The notes under the pieces: generated by a model | Told to the model about the DNA's origin: nothing | The model's input: the letters and a program-made list of their open reading frames with translations, nothing else | Database searches by the model: none | Assembly: GCA_964607485.1 (NCBI GenBank) | Contig: CAZSKP010000005.1 | Location: forward strand, 64,001-128,000 | DNA length: 64,000 nt | Source of the DNA: an uncultured bacterium | GTDB lineage: Bacteria > Abyssobacteria > SURF-5 | Direction of reading: 5' to 3' | In this document: positions 21,057 through 29,127 of the stretch, piece after piece | Position numbering within the stretch: the first letter of the stretch is position 1 | Layout of the letters: each line of letters starts with the position of its first letter | Translations under genes and position numbers: made by a program

Positions 21057-22364
21057 TCAAAAATCAACCTGCGCGCGTGTGCCGAGAACGGTCACGGTGT
21101 CGTTGTCGGCATCGCCCCCCGGATTGTCGATGACCTGAATATCGGGAGAGAGGCGGAACTGGTCGCTGAACATGATGCTGTAGTATGCTTCAAAAAGCGT
21201 CTCGGTGTCATCGGGCTCGACTCTGTCGCTTATGAGCGCCTGCGAGACCGCGAAGCCAAGCACGTCGTTCTCGCGGTTCCACTTCCTCCCGCGTATCTCA
21301 GCGCCCGCGCTCCATGTTCCCTCGACCTCGTACACGTCCTTATCCGCATATCCCGCCCGGAGGAACGCGGTGAGGCAATCGGTGAGCTGCTGGTCAAAGC
21401 TCAGGCCGACACCCCAGCCGTTCTTGTGAGAGTCGCCGTCGCCCAGCTTCTCCTTGTCGGAACCGTTGACCCAGGCGTAGAACCGGTAGTTGCCTTCCCT
21501 TTCGCTCAAATTCGGCTTGAAATCCACCTCCATGATGCCGAAGCCGTCATTCGCAATGTCTTCCCAGTCGGCATCGCTTTCGGCCCAGCCGAGACTGAAC
21601 TGAATCAGGTCGGATGGATAAACGGCAAGCAGTGCGCCTGCCCCGTTTTCCTCGGGAAACTCGACTGCGATAGAGTTGACGAGCCCGGAGTTGAGGAACT
21701 GAAATCTCTCGTCGTTGGCCACTGTGTTCGTGTCGAAATAGTTGGTCATGTCGAGTTTGCCGGCGGCGAGCGCGACGCGGTCATCACAGAAGGAATGCTG
21801 ATACCATGCCTCTGTCACTTCCAGGCCACTCTCGCTGTCGCCGGCGTCGTCGTTCACGTTGTGAAAGAGACCCTCAAGCTCATCGGTCAGTCCGTCGCCC
21901 TGAGCGGCCTCGATGAGCATAAAGGCCAAGCCGCGCTCTCCGACGGGCGACTCGAGCTCAAGGTCCATCGACCACGAGCCATCCGTCCGGTCCCGATTCT
22001 CACCGCTGATGTCCTCGCCGTCGATGCTGCCCTGTACGACGCCGGTGAGGCCGACGGCGATCCGCAGGTTCCCCAATTGCTCGCCCACCCCGCTGCGGTC
22101 GTGCAGGATATGTTTATCAAGGTGCGGCTCAAACATCCGTGCCATTTCTTCGGGCGAGGGAAGCTGCGCCTGCAAATCTCTTATGAGCTGTTCCTGATGC
22201 CTGATTGTTTGACCTTGTTGCTGAACCACCTCCTGAAGTTGGGTGACCATCTGTTTGAGTTCTTCGAGTTGCTGTTCCACCGTGTCCGCATGGCTTCTGG
22301 ATGCCGGAAGCATCGCCGCCATCGCGACGGCAGCCAGCGCGAGCCCGCGCGTGAGTCCTTTCAT
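21057..22364 (-). CDS. Outer-membrane porin (OprB/carbohydrate-porin-like) with N-terminal coiled coil
   Basis: Signal peptide, coiled coil, [42 protein letters not shown]-terminal Phe (RAQVDF). Confidence 0.8.
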   Translation of the reverse strand: MKGLTRGLALAAVAMAAMLPASRSHADTVEQQLEELKQMVTQLQEVVQQQGQTIRHQEQLIRDLQAQLPSPEEMARMFEPHLDKHILHDRSGVGEQLGNLRIAVGLTGVVQGSIDGEDISGENRDRTDGSWSMDLELESPVGERGLAFMLIEAAQGDGLTDELEGLFHNVNDDAGDSESGLEVTEAWYQHSFCDDRVALAAGKLDMTNYFDTNTVANDERFQFLNSGLVNSIAVEFPEENGAGALLAVYPSDLIQFSLGWAESDADWEDIANDGFGIMEVDFKPNLSEREGNYRFYAWVNGSDKEKLGDGDSHKNGWGVGLSFDQQLTDCLTAFLRAGYADKDVYEVEGTWSAGAEIRGRKWNRENDVLGFAVSQALISDRVEPDDTETLFEAYYSIMFSDQFRLSPDIQVIDNPGGDADNDTVTVLGTRAQVDF

Positions 22365-22490
22365 GTTTGCCGTCCTTTCCCTTTCGGACTCCGGGGGCAA
22401 TCTCCGATATTGCGCCGAGTAACGCCCATAAGAGCGCATCCGGAGACTCATCGCCTCTGCGACAAGGTACAATTCTCCTTCCGTTTCCCC

Positions 22491-22594
22491 AAAAAAAATC
22501 ACGAAGGGGCGGCGTCCGCTTCGTGCCGACGCGCCGACCTTCGTGGTCAGCTTTGGGAAATACTACTGTATTCGGCCGGGCCTTCGTGGCCCGG
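22491..22594 (-). promoter_or_regulatory. Putative transcription attenuator: three ACGAA-loop hairpins plus a competing intrinsic terminator
   Basis: Minus strand reads CCGGGCC-ACGAA-GGCCCGG; GACC-ACGAA-GGTC; GCGTCGGC-ACGAA-GCGGACGC; then CTTCGTG-A-T8, which can pair with a CACGAAG to form a terminator. Confidence 0.7.
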
Positions 22595-22608
22595 GTTGTC
22601 GAGCGTTC

Positions 22609-22797
22609 TCAGCTCTTCTCGAGGAGTATCTTGTGGTCAATCAGGCGAATCTCTTTTATGCGCGCGCTGACGGTCTTCTGTTCGCCGAAAGCGCTTCGCA
22701 GATACACTCCGTCGCCTTCAGGACGCAAGATATCCACGCTCTCGAGCAGCATCTGCTCCTTGCCGTTTTCCAGGATGTAGGCGTTTGCTTCACACAT
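22609..22797 (-). CDS. cooT: CooT-family nickel-binding protein
   Basis: MCEANAY...MLLESVD...SAFGEQK...IDHKILLE: Cys2 and C-terminal His pattern, 62 aa. Confidence 0.88.
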   Translation of the reverse strand: MCEANAYILENGKEQMLLESVDILRPEGDGVYLRSAFGEQKTVSARIKEIRLIDHKILLEKS

Positions 22798-23215
22798 TTT
22801 CAGGGTTCCTTGCTATTGCGGCCACTCGCTGGACGAGCTCCTCTATGAGGTGAGGAATCGGCTCGTCCTTCAAGCCGACAACCTCGATGCCGGCCGACTT
22901 GAGCGGCATCACAATCTTATGGGCCCGGCTCTGAACGATTGCTTCAACCATGCCGGGGGTTATCTCGCCGAGCATCGAATGCGGCTGAAGAATCGCAAGC
23001 CCGCCCGTGATGATGTCCAGCCGGGGCGATGTTTGGCTGATGGCGTTCTCGCCCGAGGCGCCCTTGTTCGCGCCCGCCTTCATCATGTTGGCCGTGGCGA
23101 TGGCGTTCGTCCCGAGCGCCACTATCTCCGTCTCCTCGGGCAGGGCCTTGCGCAGCCGCTCGACCACATGCGCTCCGATTCCGCCGCCCTGTCCGTCCAC
23201 CACGCCAACTATCAC
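22790..23215 (-). CDS. DUF3842 family protein
   Basis: VVDGQGGGIG...ALGTNAIATANMMKAGANKGASGENAI...SMLGEITP; overlaps the cooT start by 8 bp. Confidence 0.85.
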   Translation of the reverse strand: MIVGVVDGQGGGIGAHVVERLRKALPEETEIVALGTNAIATANMMKAGANKGASGENAISQTSPRLDIITGGLAILQPHSMLGEITPGMVEAIVQSRAHKIVMPLKSAGIEVVGLKDEPIPHLIEELVQRVAAIARNPENV

Positions 23216-23248
23216 GGTCGCACCCGATTCGAATTGTCTTACGGAACA

Positions 23249-23277
23249 AGGATAACAGAATGGCGCGTGTTAGTCAA
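23249..23277 (-). promoter_or_regulatory. Sigma70-type promoter for DUF3842-cooT(-metal uptake) operon
   Basis: TTGACT-17 bp-TATCCT with a TG extension on the minus strand. Confidence 0.6.
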
Positions 23278-23554
23278 GAAGGCGATCGGGAGAATGAAAG
23301 TCGCGGGAATCGTGATAAGTTATGCTCGACCATATGGCCGTGCCGAGTCGTTCCAATCTGAACGTGAAACCGTTCTGGAGATTTCGGCGGGGCGCATCAA
23401 GACCTCGGAGGATGGCACCCATGCTATAATGAAGTCAGGCCTGCTCAGGGGGGAAGTATGCTCCGGGTTGAAATGGACAGGCCATACCAACGAAACGGGG
23501 CGATACTCGGATTTCTTCCAGTCCGCCGCAATACAGTTTTCTGGAAGCCGTCAC

Positions 23555-25354
23555 ATGAGGAAGCGATTTTTCAAAGCGAACTCGCTGATTGCAGTTTGTT
23601 GGGTACTCTTTGCAATCAGCAGTTTCTATCTTGCCTGGTCACTATGCAACCTTCAGGTAGATTGGGACAGGGGGCCCGACTCACTTCCGGCTTTCTATCG
23701 GCTGCAGTATAGCTTGATTGGAGTGTTGGCCTTTTTCTTCCTCTGGCATCTGATTGCTCTGATTTCGGCCATCCTTACGGGTCAAGAATTGAGAACTATT
23801 CTGACGAAATACTCTTTGTCGTGTGTGTCCTTTCTGGCCGTGGTTATCACAAACAATCAGGCACAGGGATATTTGGAGGGAGAATTCGCCCGGCTTTCGA
23901 CGACCGATTTCCTCTTGCCAGGAACGATTCCGGAAGCAGCGCGCACAGATATGCTGTTTCTTGGGATGGTCGTCGTCCCATCGCTCTTATTGTTTCTGGC
24001 AATTCTCCTGGGGGTTCTGAGGAAGTCGAAGTTGAGGGCCGTTCACGGACTGTTTCGACTCAAGCCGATGTTGAATCTCATGCTGCTCATTCTCACGGCG
24101 GTCGGATGGAATCATTGGCGGTATGCGGTATTTGAGCGAGGCGAGGGGGAGCCGAATATCTTGTTTATCGTTTGTGATGCGATGCGCGCAGACCATCTGG
24201 GCTGCTATGGATATTCGAGAAACACGACCCCCTGCCTGGACCAATTAGCCAGAGAGGGAGTTGTATTCTCAAACTTCACTGCTGCTTCCAGCTGGAGCCT
24301 GCCGTCCTATACGGCGATGTATACATCACGATATTTTTCATACTACGACGATTCCATTGCGAGACCTCGGTGCGCGGGAAGGGCGTTGACCATGACTCAG
24401 ATTCTGACCAATCAGCACTACTACACGAAGGCCCTCCTTTCAAATGTCTTTGCTGCAAAATCTTATGGTAGCCCGAAGGTGGACCTGGATATTCATATGA
24501 GCATCGATTCTTCCGGAACATTCAGCCGGACTTTCACCGACCGCGCGCTGGAGCTAATCGAGACAATCAAGGACAAAAGGTTCTTTATTTACTTGCAATA
24601 TATGGACCCGCACGAGCCGTACACGCCGCCAGCACCTTTTGATCAGCTCTTCGTGGACCCGGCAAATAGACTGCTGACCGAGGAAGACAGGAGAAGGAGA
24701 AGCTTCGCCTTATATGACGAAGAAATCGCCTATGTCGATTCTCAAATATCGCGACTCCTTCAACAACTCAAGACTCTAGGCATCTACAATGACACGTTCG
24801 TAGTCGTGACTGCCGACCACGGGCAAGGGTATAGGTTTCACGGATATTCTCTCGATGAGGAACTGCTAAGGGTTCCCTTGATCATTCGCGGACCAGGAAT
24901 CCCCGAGAACAAGAGGGTTGATTCCGTGGCGAGCCATGTTGATCTGTTACCCACATTCATGGAATGGACGATGGGCGAACCGGATGCTCGTTGTCAGGGC
25001 AAGAGTTTAGTACCAATCATACACGGGACAGATGCTGAAGATCACATTGTCTTCGCCGAACTGGATCTTCCTTTCCTTCCTCTACAACCCGGGTTACCAC
25101 CTGAGCATCATCTCGTCAGCGTAAGGAAGGGGTGTTGGAAACTTGTCACCGGAGACCCGAGAGGAGAGCTGCTGTTCGACCTGGAAAAGGACCCGGCGGA
25201 AAAAACCAATCTTGCGGAAGCGAAACGGCAAATTGTGGCCGACTTGAGCGCCAAAATCGATGAGTTCGAGAATGGCATGCCAGAGAAGCAGGCCCTGTTC
25301 TCATACTCTCAGAAGGAATTGGAGGCTTTGAAGGACCTGGGATATATTCAATGA
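23555..25354 (+). CDS. Sulfatase/alkaline-phosphatase superfamily protein with N-terminal multi-TM domain
   Basis: About 5 hydrophobic segments, then PNILFIVCDAMRADHLGCYGY, SWSLPS, YMDPHEPY, YDEEI, TADHG, LFDLEKDPAEKTNL, LKDLGYIQ. Start trimmed to ATG 23555 to avoid overlap with DUF3842. Confidence 0.88.
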   Translation: MRKRFFKANSLIAVCWVLFAISSFYLAWSLCNLQVDWDRGPDSLPAFYRLQYSLIGVLAFFFLWHLIALISAILTGQELRTILTKYSLSCVSFLAVVITNNQAQGYLEGEFARLSTTDFLLPGTIPEAARTDMLFLGMVVVPSLLLFLAILLGVLRKSKLRAVHGLFRLKPMLNLMLLILTAVGWNHWRYAVFERGEGEPNILFIVCDAMRADHLGCYGYSRNTTPCLDQLAREGVVFSNFTAASSWSLPSYTAMYTSRYFSYYDDSIARPRCAGRALTMTQILTNQHYYTKALLSNVFAAKSYGSPKVDLDIHMSIDSSGTFSRTFTDRALELIETIKDKRFFIYLQYMDPHEPYTPPAPFDQLFVDPANRLLTEEDRRRRSFALYDEEIAYVDSQISRLLQQLKTLGIYNDTFVVVTADHGQGYRFHGYSLDEELLRVPLIIRGPGIPENKRVDSVASHVDLLPTFMEWTMGEPDARCQGKSLVPIIHGTDAEDHIVFAELDLPFLPLQPGLPPEHHLVSVRKGCWKLVTGDPRGELLFDLEKDPAEKTNLAEAKRQIVADLSAKIDEFENGMPEKQALFSYSQKELEALKDLGYIQ

Positions 25355-25402
25355 AACAACCCCGGAGGGGCAACCTCGAGGCAACTTGGAATTGAGACCG
25401 GT

Positions 25403-26368
25403 TCAATGCCGAAAATAGACCCGGTCGAGTTTCTCTTTTTCGCGGGCCTCTTCGTGAAGGCGGGCGGTCTCCGTCGCGCCCGATGCCTGGGCCGCGATGC
25501 CCGCCAGCAGGTTTGCGTCGCCGGAGGTGAACGGGGTGGGGTTGCCCTTGTGGTCAATCTTGTCGCAGAGCACGATGGTTCCGATCGCCTGCCCCTGCAC
25601 GCGCAGCGCTGCGCCGAGCATCGAGGGGGTCTCGTAGCCGACGGGCTCGATTGATTCAAAGCGGACGTCCTGCTCGAAGTTTTCGATCGCGACGGAGCCC
25701 TCGGCCCCAATTATCTCTTCAGCGATTCCGCCCTCGAGCGGCTCGGTCCAGCCCGAAGGGTCGGCGTCGTATCCGAACGCGGCCCGGCACTCCAGCGCGC
25801 CGGTTGCCGTATTCAGAAGGAACACCGCGCCCCGCGTGCACGATGTCGCGTCGGACAGAACGGCCAGGAGATTGGAGAGTATCTCACCCGGCTCGGCACG
25901 TTCGCCGATGATGCGGCCCGCTTCGTACAGGGCGACGAGTTCGCGGTTCGTCTGACGGATGCGGGGTGCGACGGTGCGCATGATCTCGAGCATCAGCTTC
26001 GACGCGGCGGCGGCGTCGCTCGACAGGAACTTCATGAACGCCTCCTTGCTGATTTCGAGCGCGCGCACTTTGCCCACCGACGAAGCCGTCGCGGAGCGGA
26101 AATATTCGTCGAAAAGCGCCATCTCTCCGAAAAACCCGCCTGGGCCGAGCGTCGCTATCGATTTCTGCTCGCCCGAGTGGGTTGCCTTGGATATCCTCAC
26201 CCTGCCCGACAGGATTATGAACAGCGAATCCTGCTCACTTCTTTCAGCGAAGATGGTGGAACCCGGCCCATATTCCTTCTGTTCCGCCACCGCCGCCAGC
26301 TCTTTGAGACCGGAATCGCTCAAATGCTTGAGTATGGAGACGTTCTTGAGTTCGCTTGTATCGAGCAT
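25403..26368 (-). CDS. Cyclic-nucleotide-binding domain + GAF domain protein
   Basis: LFIILSGRVRI...GGFFGEMALFDEYFRSATA cNMP domain; C-terminal GAF (SMLGAALRVQGQAIGTIVLCDK...PFTSGDANLLAGIAAQAS). Confidence 0.88.
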   Translation of the reverse strand: MLDTSELKNVSILKHLSDSGLKELAAVAEQKEYGPGSTIFAERSEQDSLFIILSGRVRISKATHSGEQKSIATLGPGGFFGEMALFDEYFRSATASSVGKVRALEISKEAFMKFLSSDAAAASKLMLEIMRTVAPRIRQTNRELVALYEAGRIIGERAEPGEILSNLLAVLSDATSCTRGAVFLLNTATGALECRAAFGYDADPSGWTEPLEGGIAEEIIGAEGSVAIENFEQDVRFESIEPVGYETPSMLGAALRVQGQAIGTIVLCDKIDHKGNPTPFTSGDANLLAGIAAQASGATETARLHEEAREKEKLDRVYFRH

Positions 26369-26381
26369 CGATGACCTCTTC

Positions 26382-27575
26382 TCACTTCCACCATGAGCCC
26401 TTGGAATCTTTTCCGTGCGGCGCGGGCCGGGGCTGTGGCCGCTGCTGTGGCCGCTGTTGTGCCCCGGGAGCGGGCGCGGGCGCGGATTTGGGCTTTTGCG
26501 GCGCAGGAGCTGCCGACGAAACACGTTCGATAATGGTCAAGAATGTCTTGACATCGTTGACGGCGCTTATGGCAGCCTCGTAGGTGATTACGTCGCGCGA
26601 GAGCAGTCGGGCGACATCCATCTCGAGCGTGACCATTCCTTCCGATGCCCCGGTCTGGATTTGCCCGTATATCTGATGCGACTTTCCCTCGCGTATCATC
26701 GAGGAAATTCCCTGAGTGACGATCATGATCTCGCGCGCCGCCACACGGCCTCCGGACTTGCGTGGCAGGAGCGTCTGGGAGATGACCGCCCGCAGCCCGC
26801 CCGCAAGCTGCATCTTTATCTGCTGCTGCTGGTATGAGGGAAACACGTCTACGATGCGGTCAATCGTCTGCGCGGCCCCCATCGTGTGCAGCGTGCCGAA
26901 CACGAGGTGGCCCGTCTCTGCGATGGTTATCGCTGAGGCGATCGTCTCCAAGTCTCGCATCTCGCCCACGAGCACGACGTCGGGGTCTTGCCTGAGCACG
27001 TGCTTGAGCGCCTCGGCAAACGAGAGCGTGTGCGCGTTGAGCTCGCGCTGATTGATGAGCGACTTGTTGTGCTCGTACACGAATTCGATGGGGTCCTCGA
27101 TCGTCATGATGTGGTCCTTGCGCGTCTTGTTTATCGCGTCGATCATGGCGGCGAGCGTGGTCGATTTGCCGCTGCCCGTAGGACCGGTCACCAGGACGAG
27201 CCCGTTTTTCGCCTCCGTGAGCCTTTCCACGACCGGCGGAAGCTCGAGCTCGCGCAGGGTGGGAATCTTGTTCGGGATGGTGCGTATCGCCGCGCCCATT
27301 CCGCCATTCCGGAAGAACACGTTCACGCGGAAGCGCGAGACGTCGGGGATGGAGTACGAGCAGTCCAGCTCCAGCTTCTCGTCGAGTTCCTTGCGCTGTT
27401 CCTCCGTGATTATCTGCGATATGAGCGCCTCCGTGTCGGCGGCCGTGAGCGACTGGTAATCTTTTTGCGACTCAAGCTCGCCGTGAATGCGAAGTGTGGG
27501 CGGGCGTCCTATCGTGAGATGGAGGTCGGAGGCTTTGCGCGCGACTGTCTGACGAAGAATTTCAATCATGTCCAT
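26382..27575 (-). CDS. pilT: Type IV pilus retraction ATPase
   Basis: ASDLHLTIG, GPTGSGKSTTLA, TIEDPIE, LRQDPDVVLVGEMRD, AETGHLVFGTLHT, SMIREGK; Pro/Gln-rich C-terminal tail. Confidence 0.95.
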   Translation of the reverse strand: MDMIEILRQTVARKASDLHLTIGRPPTLRIHGELESQKDYQSLTAADTEALISQIITEEQRKELDEKLELDCSYSIPDVSRFRVNVFFRNGGMGAAIRTIPNKIPTLRELELPPVVERLTEAKNGLVLVTGPTGSGKSTTLAAMIDAINKTRKDHIMTIEDPIEFVYEHNKSLINQRELNAHTLSFAEALKHVLRQDPDVVLVGEMRDLETIASAITIAETGHLVFGTLHTMGAAQTIDRIVDVFPSYQQQQIKMQLAGGLRAVISQTLLPRKSGGRVAAREIMIVTQGISSMIREGKSHQIYGQIQTGASEGMVTLEMDVARLLSRDVITYEAAISAVNDVKTFLTIIERVSSAAPAPQKPKSAPAPAPGAQQRPQQRPQPRPAPHGKDSKGSWWK

Positions 27576-27636
27576 GGCGGGTCCCCTCTTCGGACGGACA
27601 GCATAAAATAAGAGTGCAGATGTATGGTTCGGGATT

Positions 27637-27717
27637 AGTCTAGCACGGCCCTATTACGCTGTCAAATCACGGGCCATCCCGACGAAATTGCCGCCCTGCG
27701 CCCGTGAATGCTATAAT
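27637..27717. promoter_or_regulatory. Divergent sigma70-type promoters for pilT and rarA
   Basis: Minus: TTGACA-17-TAGACT (27665-27637). Plus: TTGCCG-18-TATAAT with TG extension (27688-27717). Confidence 0.55.
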
Positions 27718-27755
27718 TTTGTGGAAGGATTCATGCCGAAGGACGGTGAACCGGA

Positions 27756-29114
27756 TTGGAGCTTTTTGAAGAAGAGCAGAGGCGCCTGAAGGAAAAGAAC
27801 GCGCCGCTCGCGTGGAGGATGGCGCCGCAGACGCTCGATGAACTGGTCGGCCAGGAGCAGCTCATCGGAGAGGGCAAGCTGCTGAGGCGCGAGATCGAGT
27901 CGGACCGGCTCGCCACCGCAATCTTCTATGGCCCGCCCGGCACGGGCAAGACGGCGCTCGCGCGCATTATCGCTAAGACCTCGAAGGCGTCGTTCCAGCG
28001 GCTGAACGCCGTCACCTCGGGCGTCGCCGACCTGAGACAACTCATCGACGGCGCTCGCCAGCGGATGGTCGCGTCCGGCCGCAAGACCATCGTGTTCGTC
28101 GATGAGATACACCGGTTCAACCGCGCGCAGCAGGATGCGCTCCTGCCCGACGTCGAAGAAGGCACGATAACGTTCATCGGCGCGACCACGCAGAACCCGT
28201 TCTTCGCCGTCACGGCGCCGCTCGTCTCGCGCTCGCAGATTTTCCAGTTTCAGCCGCTCCGGCCCGACGACATCGCCGCGCTGCTCGACCGCGCGCTCGC
28301 CGACGAAGAGCACGGACTGGGCAAAATGAAAATCCGCCTCGACGCCGAGGCACGCAGCCATTGGGCGAACACGTCTGACGGCGACGCCCGCCGCGCGCTG
28401 AACGCGCTCGAGGTGGCCGCGATGACGACCCCGCCTGACGCGGACGGCGTCGTGCGCATCACGCTCGAGATTGCGCAGGAATCCATCCAGCGCAAGGCCA
28501 TCGTGTACGACGGAACCGGCGACGACCATTACGACACCATTTCGGCGTTCATCAAGAGCATGCGCGGCTCCGACCCCGACGCCGCCATCTATTGGCTCGC
28601 TAAGATGCTCGAAGCGGGCGAAGACCCCCGCTTCATCGCGCGCAGGATCGTCATCTGCGCGTCCGAGGACGTGGGCAACGCCGATCCGCGGGCGCTTGCG
28701 GTGGCCGTCGCGGCGATGCAGGCGAGCGAGTTCGTCGGCATGCCCGAGGCGCAGATACCGCTTGCGCAGGCGACTATCTACGTCGCGTGCGCCCCCAAGA
28801 GCAACGCGAGCTACATGGCGATTTCAGACGCGCGCAAGGACGTGCGCGAGCAGCCGACGTTTCCCGTGCCCAAACACCTGCGCGACGCGAACTATCCCGG
28901 CGCCAAGCGGTTCGGTCACGGCGAGGGCTACAAATACGCGCACGATTTTCCCGGCCACCACGTCGAGCAGCTCTACGGCCCGCCCGACAAAAACCTCTAC
29001 ACCCCCACCACTCACGGCTACGAGGCCGAGATCAAGAAACGGCTGGAGGAGTTGAGGAAGACTAAAGACACTGAACAGAGGCATGAAGCGAAGAAGCCGA
29101 AGGGAAAGGCGTGA
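27756..29114 (+). CDS. rarA: Replication-associated recombination protein A (RarA/MgsA AAA+ ATPase)
   Basis: PLAWRMAPQTLDELVGQ, GPPGTGKT, DEIHRFNRAQQDALLP, SAFIKSMRGSDPDAA, ASEDVGNADP, PKSN, GYKYAHD. Confidence 0.97.
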   Translation: MELFEEEQRRLKEKNAPLAWRMAPQTLDELVGQEQLIGEGKLLRREIESDRLATAIFYGPPGTGKTALARIIAKTSKASFQRLNAVTSGVADLRQLIDGARQRMVASGRKTIVFVDEIHRFNRAQQDALLPDVEEGTITFIGATTQNPFFAVTAPLVSRSQIFQFQPLRPDDIAALLDRALADEEHGLGKMKIRLDAEARSHWANTSDGDARRALNALEVAAMTTPPDADGVVRITLEIAQESIQRKAIVYDGTGDDHYDTISAFIKSMRGSDPDAAIYWLAKMLEAGEDPRFIARRIVICASEDVGNADPRALAVAVAAMQASEFVGMPEAQIPLAQATIYVACAPKSNASYMAISDARKDVREQPTFPVPKHLRDANYPGAKRFGHGEGYKYAHDFPGHHVEQLYGPPDKNLYTPTTHGYEAEIKKRLEELRKTKDTEQRHEAKKPKGKA

Positions 29115-29127
29115 GTACTTACCTACA

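Noticed and set aside
22491-22594. CRISPR mini-array from repeated CTTCGTG units
   Set aside because: Shared core is only 7-9 bp with irregular short spacing, and there are no cas genes.
22365-22608. Cobalamin or NiCo riboswitch, or NikR box, upstream of the cbiM operon
   Set aside because: No B12-box or conserved riboswitch core recognised by eye. The short AATAC-N4-GTATT palindrome does not fit NikR spacing. Reported instead as a different attenuator.
22850-23554. N-terminal extension of the sulfatase ORF as given in the ORF track
   Set aside because: Overlaps DUF3842 on the opposite strand and its promoter; ATG 23555 is more plausible.
26425-26465. 12-bp tandem repeat (CTGTGGCCGCTG)
   Set aside because: It simply encodes the QQRP repeats in the PilT tail.
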